Source: an uncultured Candidatus Saccharibacteria bacterium (GTDB lineage Bacteria; Patescibacteriota; Minisyncoccia; Phycocordibacterales; DATDWN01). Taken from it: a DNA stretch of 64,000 bases. The translations under genes were made by a program, and so were the position numbers. The DNA is taken from positions 47,402 through 111,401 of the forward strand of contig CAZTQY010000003.1 in the NCBI GenBank assembly GCA_964616425.1, in the 5' to 3' direction. The notes under the pieces are model-generated. The model searched no databases and had not been told where the DNA came from. It saw only the letters and a list, made by a program, of their open reading frames with translations. Below are positions 58,242 through 64,000 of this stretch, one piece after another. Position 1 is the stretch's first letter. Every line of letters starts with the position of its first letter.

Positions 58242-58347
58242 ATTTCTGGTCTTTTTGCCCGATTTCTACGTTGCTAGTTTTGTTTGTTTCCGCAGAGTAC
58301 TAAATGTACACTTTGGTCACAAACAAAACGTCGCGCCTTGAACTCAA
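58239..58347. repeat. Structured intergenic element, family A variant
   Basis: aatttctg/cagaaatt outer stem, gttttgtttgt/acaaacaaaac inner stem, gtac-N5-gtac apex. Confidence 0.78.
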
Positions 58348-58391
58348 ACAAAAATCCTCAGAAATTACAATCATGAATATTTTTAATTTAT

Positions 58392-58679
58392 ATGAAAGTT
58401 CTTAAGTTCAAGTCTCAGGTTTGGAGATGGCCAGGGGATATGGGCTGGCATTTTGTTACTTTACCAAAAAAGCTTTCCGAAGAGATAAAAGAGGTTGGCA
58501 AAATCTATGGCGCTGGATTTATAAAGGTAAAAGCTACTGTTGGAGATAGTGTCTGGGTTACAGCACTTTTCCCCCATAAGATGTCAAAAGCATATTTACT
58601 CTCAATAAAGCAAAATATACGAAAAAAGGAAGGAATCTGGGAAGGTGATATAATACAAGCATCATTAACCCTAGAATAA
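58392..58679 (+). CDS. DUF1905 family protein
   Basis: GWHFVTLP, IKVKATVG...W.TALFP, YLL.IK..IRK. Confidence 0.82.
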   Translation: MKVLKFKSQVWRWPGDMGWHFVTLPKKLSEEIKEVGKIYGAGFIKVKATVGDSVWVTALFPHKMSKAYLLSIKQNIRKKEGIWEGDIIQASLTLE

Positions 58680-58680
58680 A

Positions 58681-58932
58681 ATGAGAATCTTTGTAAAAGT
58701 TAAAGCGGGTAGTAAACAAAACAAAATAGAAGAACCTCCACAGAGACTTTTGCAAGCGGATGAACGCCTGGACGACTACTACACGGTTTATGTTAAAGAG
58801 CCTCCAGTTGAAGGAAAAGCAAATGATGCAGTTATCAGAGTGATAGCTGAACATTTTGATCTCCCTAGATCTCATGTAACTTTGATATCTGGTGCTGTAT
58901 CAAAAATAAAAGTTTTTGAAATATTGAGATGA
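58681..58932 (+). CDS. DUF167 (YggU-like) protein
   Basis: PPVEGKANDAVI..AEHF...LISG..S..K. Confidence 0.88.
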   Translation: MRIFVKVKAGSKQNKIEEPPQRLLQADERLDDYYTVYVKEPPVEGKANDAVIRVIAEHFDLPRSHVTLISGAVSKIKVFEILR

Positions 58933-59198
58933 TAGTAAATAAATCTTTTTCAGATAAAGTTCGTGATGTAGTTAAAAAAATACCTAAAGGCAAGGTCCTA
59001 ACCTATAAAGAAGTCGCGAGAAAGGCCGGAAATGAGAAAGCCAGTCGAGCAGTGGGAAGTATTATGAAGAAAAACTACGATAACACTATTCCTTGTCACA
59101 GGGTTATACGTTCCGATGGCACTGCTGGTGAATATAACAGAGGAGGCTCAAAGAAGAAGCTAATGATCTTAAAAAGTGAAGGTGTTTTGTTAAGTTAA
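58929..59198 (+). CDS. MGMT-family O6-alkylguanine DNA repair protein (C-terminal domain only)
   Basis: IPKGKVLTY, RAVG, IPCHRV active-site motif. Confidence 0.9.
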   Translation: MIVNKSFSDKVRDVVKKIPKGKVLTYKEVARKAGNEKASRAVGSIMKKNYDNTIPCHRVIRSDGTAGEYNRGGSKKKLMILKSEGVLLS

Positions 59199-59244
59199 TC
59201 TTTAGATAGTATAATTTGTTCTATTATAAGATTATCCCAAAATT

Positions 59245-59799
59245 ATGAGTAAACAATTGATTGGTGTGTTTGTGGCTATTGTGGTGGTTGGAGGTGGTTT
59301 ATTTATTTATTCAAATTCAAATAAAGCAGAAAACAACACAGTTGATAATGCCATGATGGAGGATGGCAGTACCGTATCTACAGAAACAAAAAGTTCAGAT
59401 GGTAAAAAGATGGCTTTTGAATCATTTATTAAAAATGGTGGTTCATATGTCTGTACTGTAAATCAATATGTTCAAAATATCGAAAGTAAGGGAACAGTCT
59501 ATATTGACGGTAGTAAAATTAGTGGAGAATTTAAAACATCTGTTCAGGGTATGAATATTGGAACTTCATTTATATCAAAAGATGGATATTCATATACTTG
59601 GTCATCAGTAATGCCAAATACTGGATACAAAGTTGCAGTTACTTCTAGTACTAATGCTAGTGATAGTAGTACTGGAACTTCTGGAACATATGGATTTAAT
59701 GCACAAGATATCGGAGATTATGATTGTCAGGCTTGGACCCCAGATGCTTCAAAGTTCGATTTGCCTTCATCTGTTAAATTTACGGAGATAAAGAGGTAG
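59245..59799 (+). CDS. Hypothetical membrane-anchored/secreted protein
   Basis: N-terminal TM, Ser/Thr-rich, two Cys. Confidence 0.75.
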   Translation: MSKQLIGVFVAIVVVGGGLFIYSNSNKAENNTVDNAMMEDGSTVSTETKSSDGKKMAFESFIKNGGSYVCTVNQYVQNIESKGTVYIDGSKISGEFKTSVQGMNIGTSFISKDGYSYTWSSVMPNTGYKVAVTSSTNASDSSTGTSGTYGFNAQDIGDYDCQAWTPDASKFDLPSSVKFTEIKR

Positions 59800-60162
59800 A
59801 GAGGTAAAATATAATAAAAGCCTACTTAGGCTGTATTAAATATTAAGGGAGTTTGACCATAAAAAGTGTTGTCAAATATGATGTTAATAGTAAGTGGATA
59901 ACTTTGTTGACTTTATTGTTGACAAAATATACCTACTTGACGTATACTCCTATTTAACTTCACACGATTGAGTTTTGGCAGATGGAGTGAGGATTACAAA
60001 GCTTATTGGTTCTCTACTACTTTCTTGGGTTTCAATCGCTAACAAAAAAATAAACAAAAAATAAACCACATAGGGGGTGGGGTATTTTTTGTTCGTTTTT
60101 TCATTTCCAAGGGGTGGGTGTTTTTTCGGGTTTTATTATTAGAAAAATACAACACTATATAT

Positions 60163-64000
<3,838 letters not shown>

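Noticed and set aside
7110-58347. Repeats as a CRISPR array
   Set aside because: Copies are dispersed, divergent and over 100 nt, with no repeat-spacer periodicity and no cas genes.
59885-59925. Replication origin upstream of rpoB
   Set aside because: Only one imperfect DnaA-like box (agtggataa), with no cluster.

Overview
An AT-rich, gene-dense segment of a bacterial chromosome. Gene content and order suggest Patescibacteria/CPR, probably Parcubacteria; this is an inference. Supporting traits are a split transketolase, a ThrRS without the editing domain, a single-chain PheRS, a short SMC, no rimM in rpsP-khpA-trmD, and core genes without Shine-Dalgarno (SD) sites. The backbone is housekeeping: nrdAB, gap/rpiB/rpe/tkt/fba, ribosomal proteins, prfA, tsf, tRNA-Thr(TGT), pheS, gyrB, thrS, dnaE, rnhB, nusB, rnc, smc, rnr, trmD, lexA and rpoB/rpoC. 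Two dispersed layers are not explained by this backbone. (1) About 18 self-contained, GC-richer ORFan cassettes sit singly between core genes. Most have a sigma70-type promoter, a strong GGAG(G) SD and a GC-rich terminator hairpin. (2) About 12 related structured intergenic elements of 100-190 nt show covarying stems and conserved loops. Most start at the stop codon of the upstream gene, and several base-pair over it. Other notable points are an HNH nuclease beside tRNA-Thr that shares an SOS-box promoter with lexA, a class Ic-type NrdB, a mitochondrial-type PheRS, a NusB-NUDIX fusion and a large secreted lipase-like protein. All calls were made by eye, with no database searches; GC statements are visual estimates.
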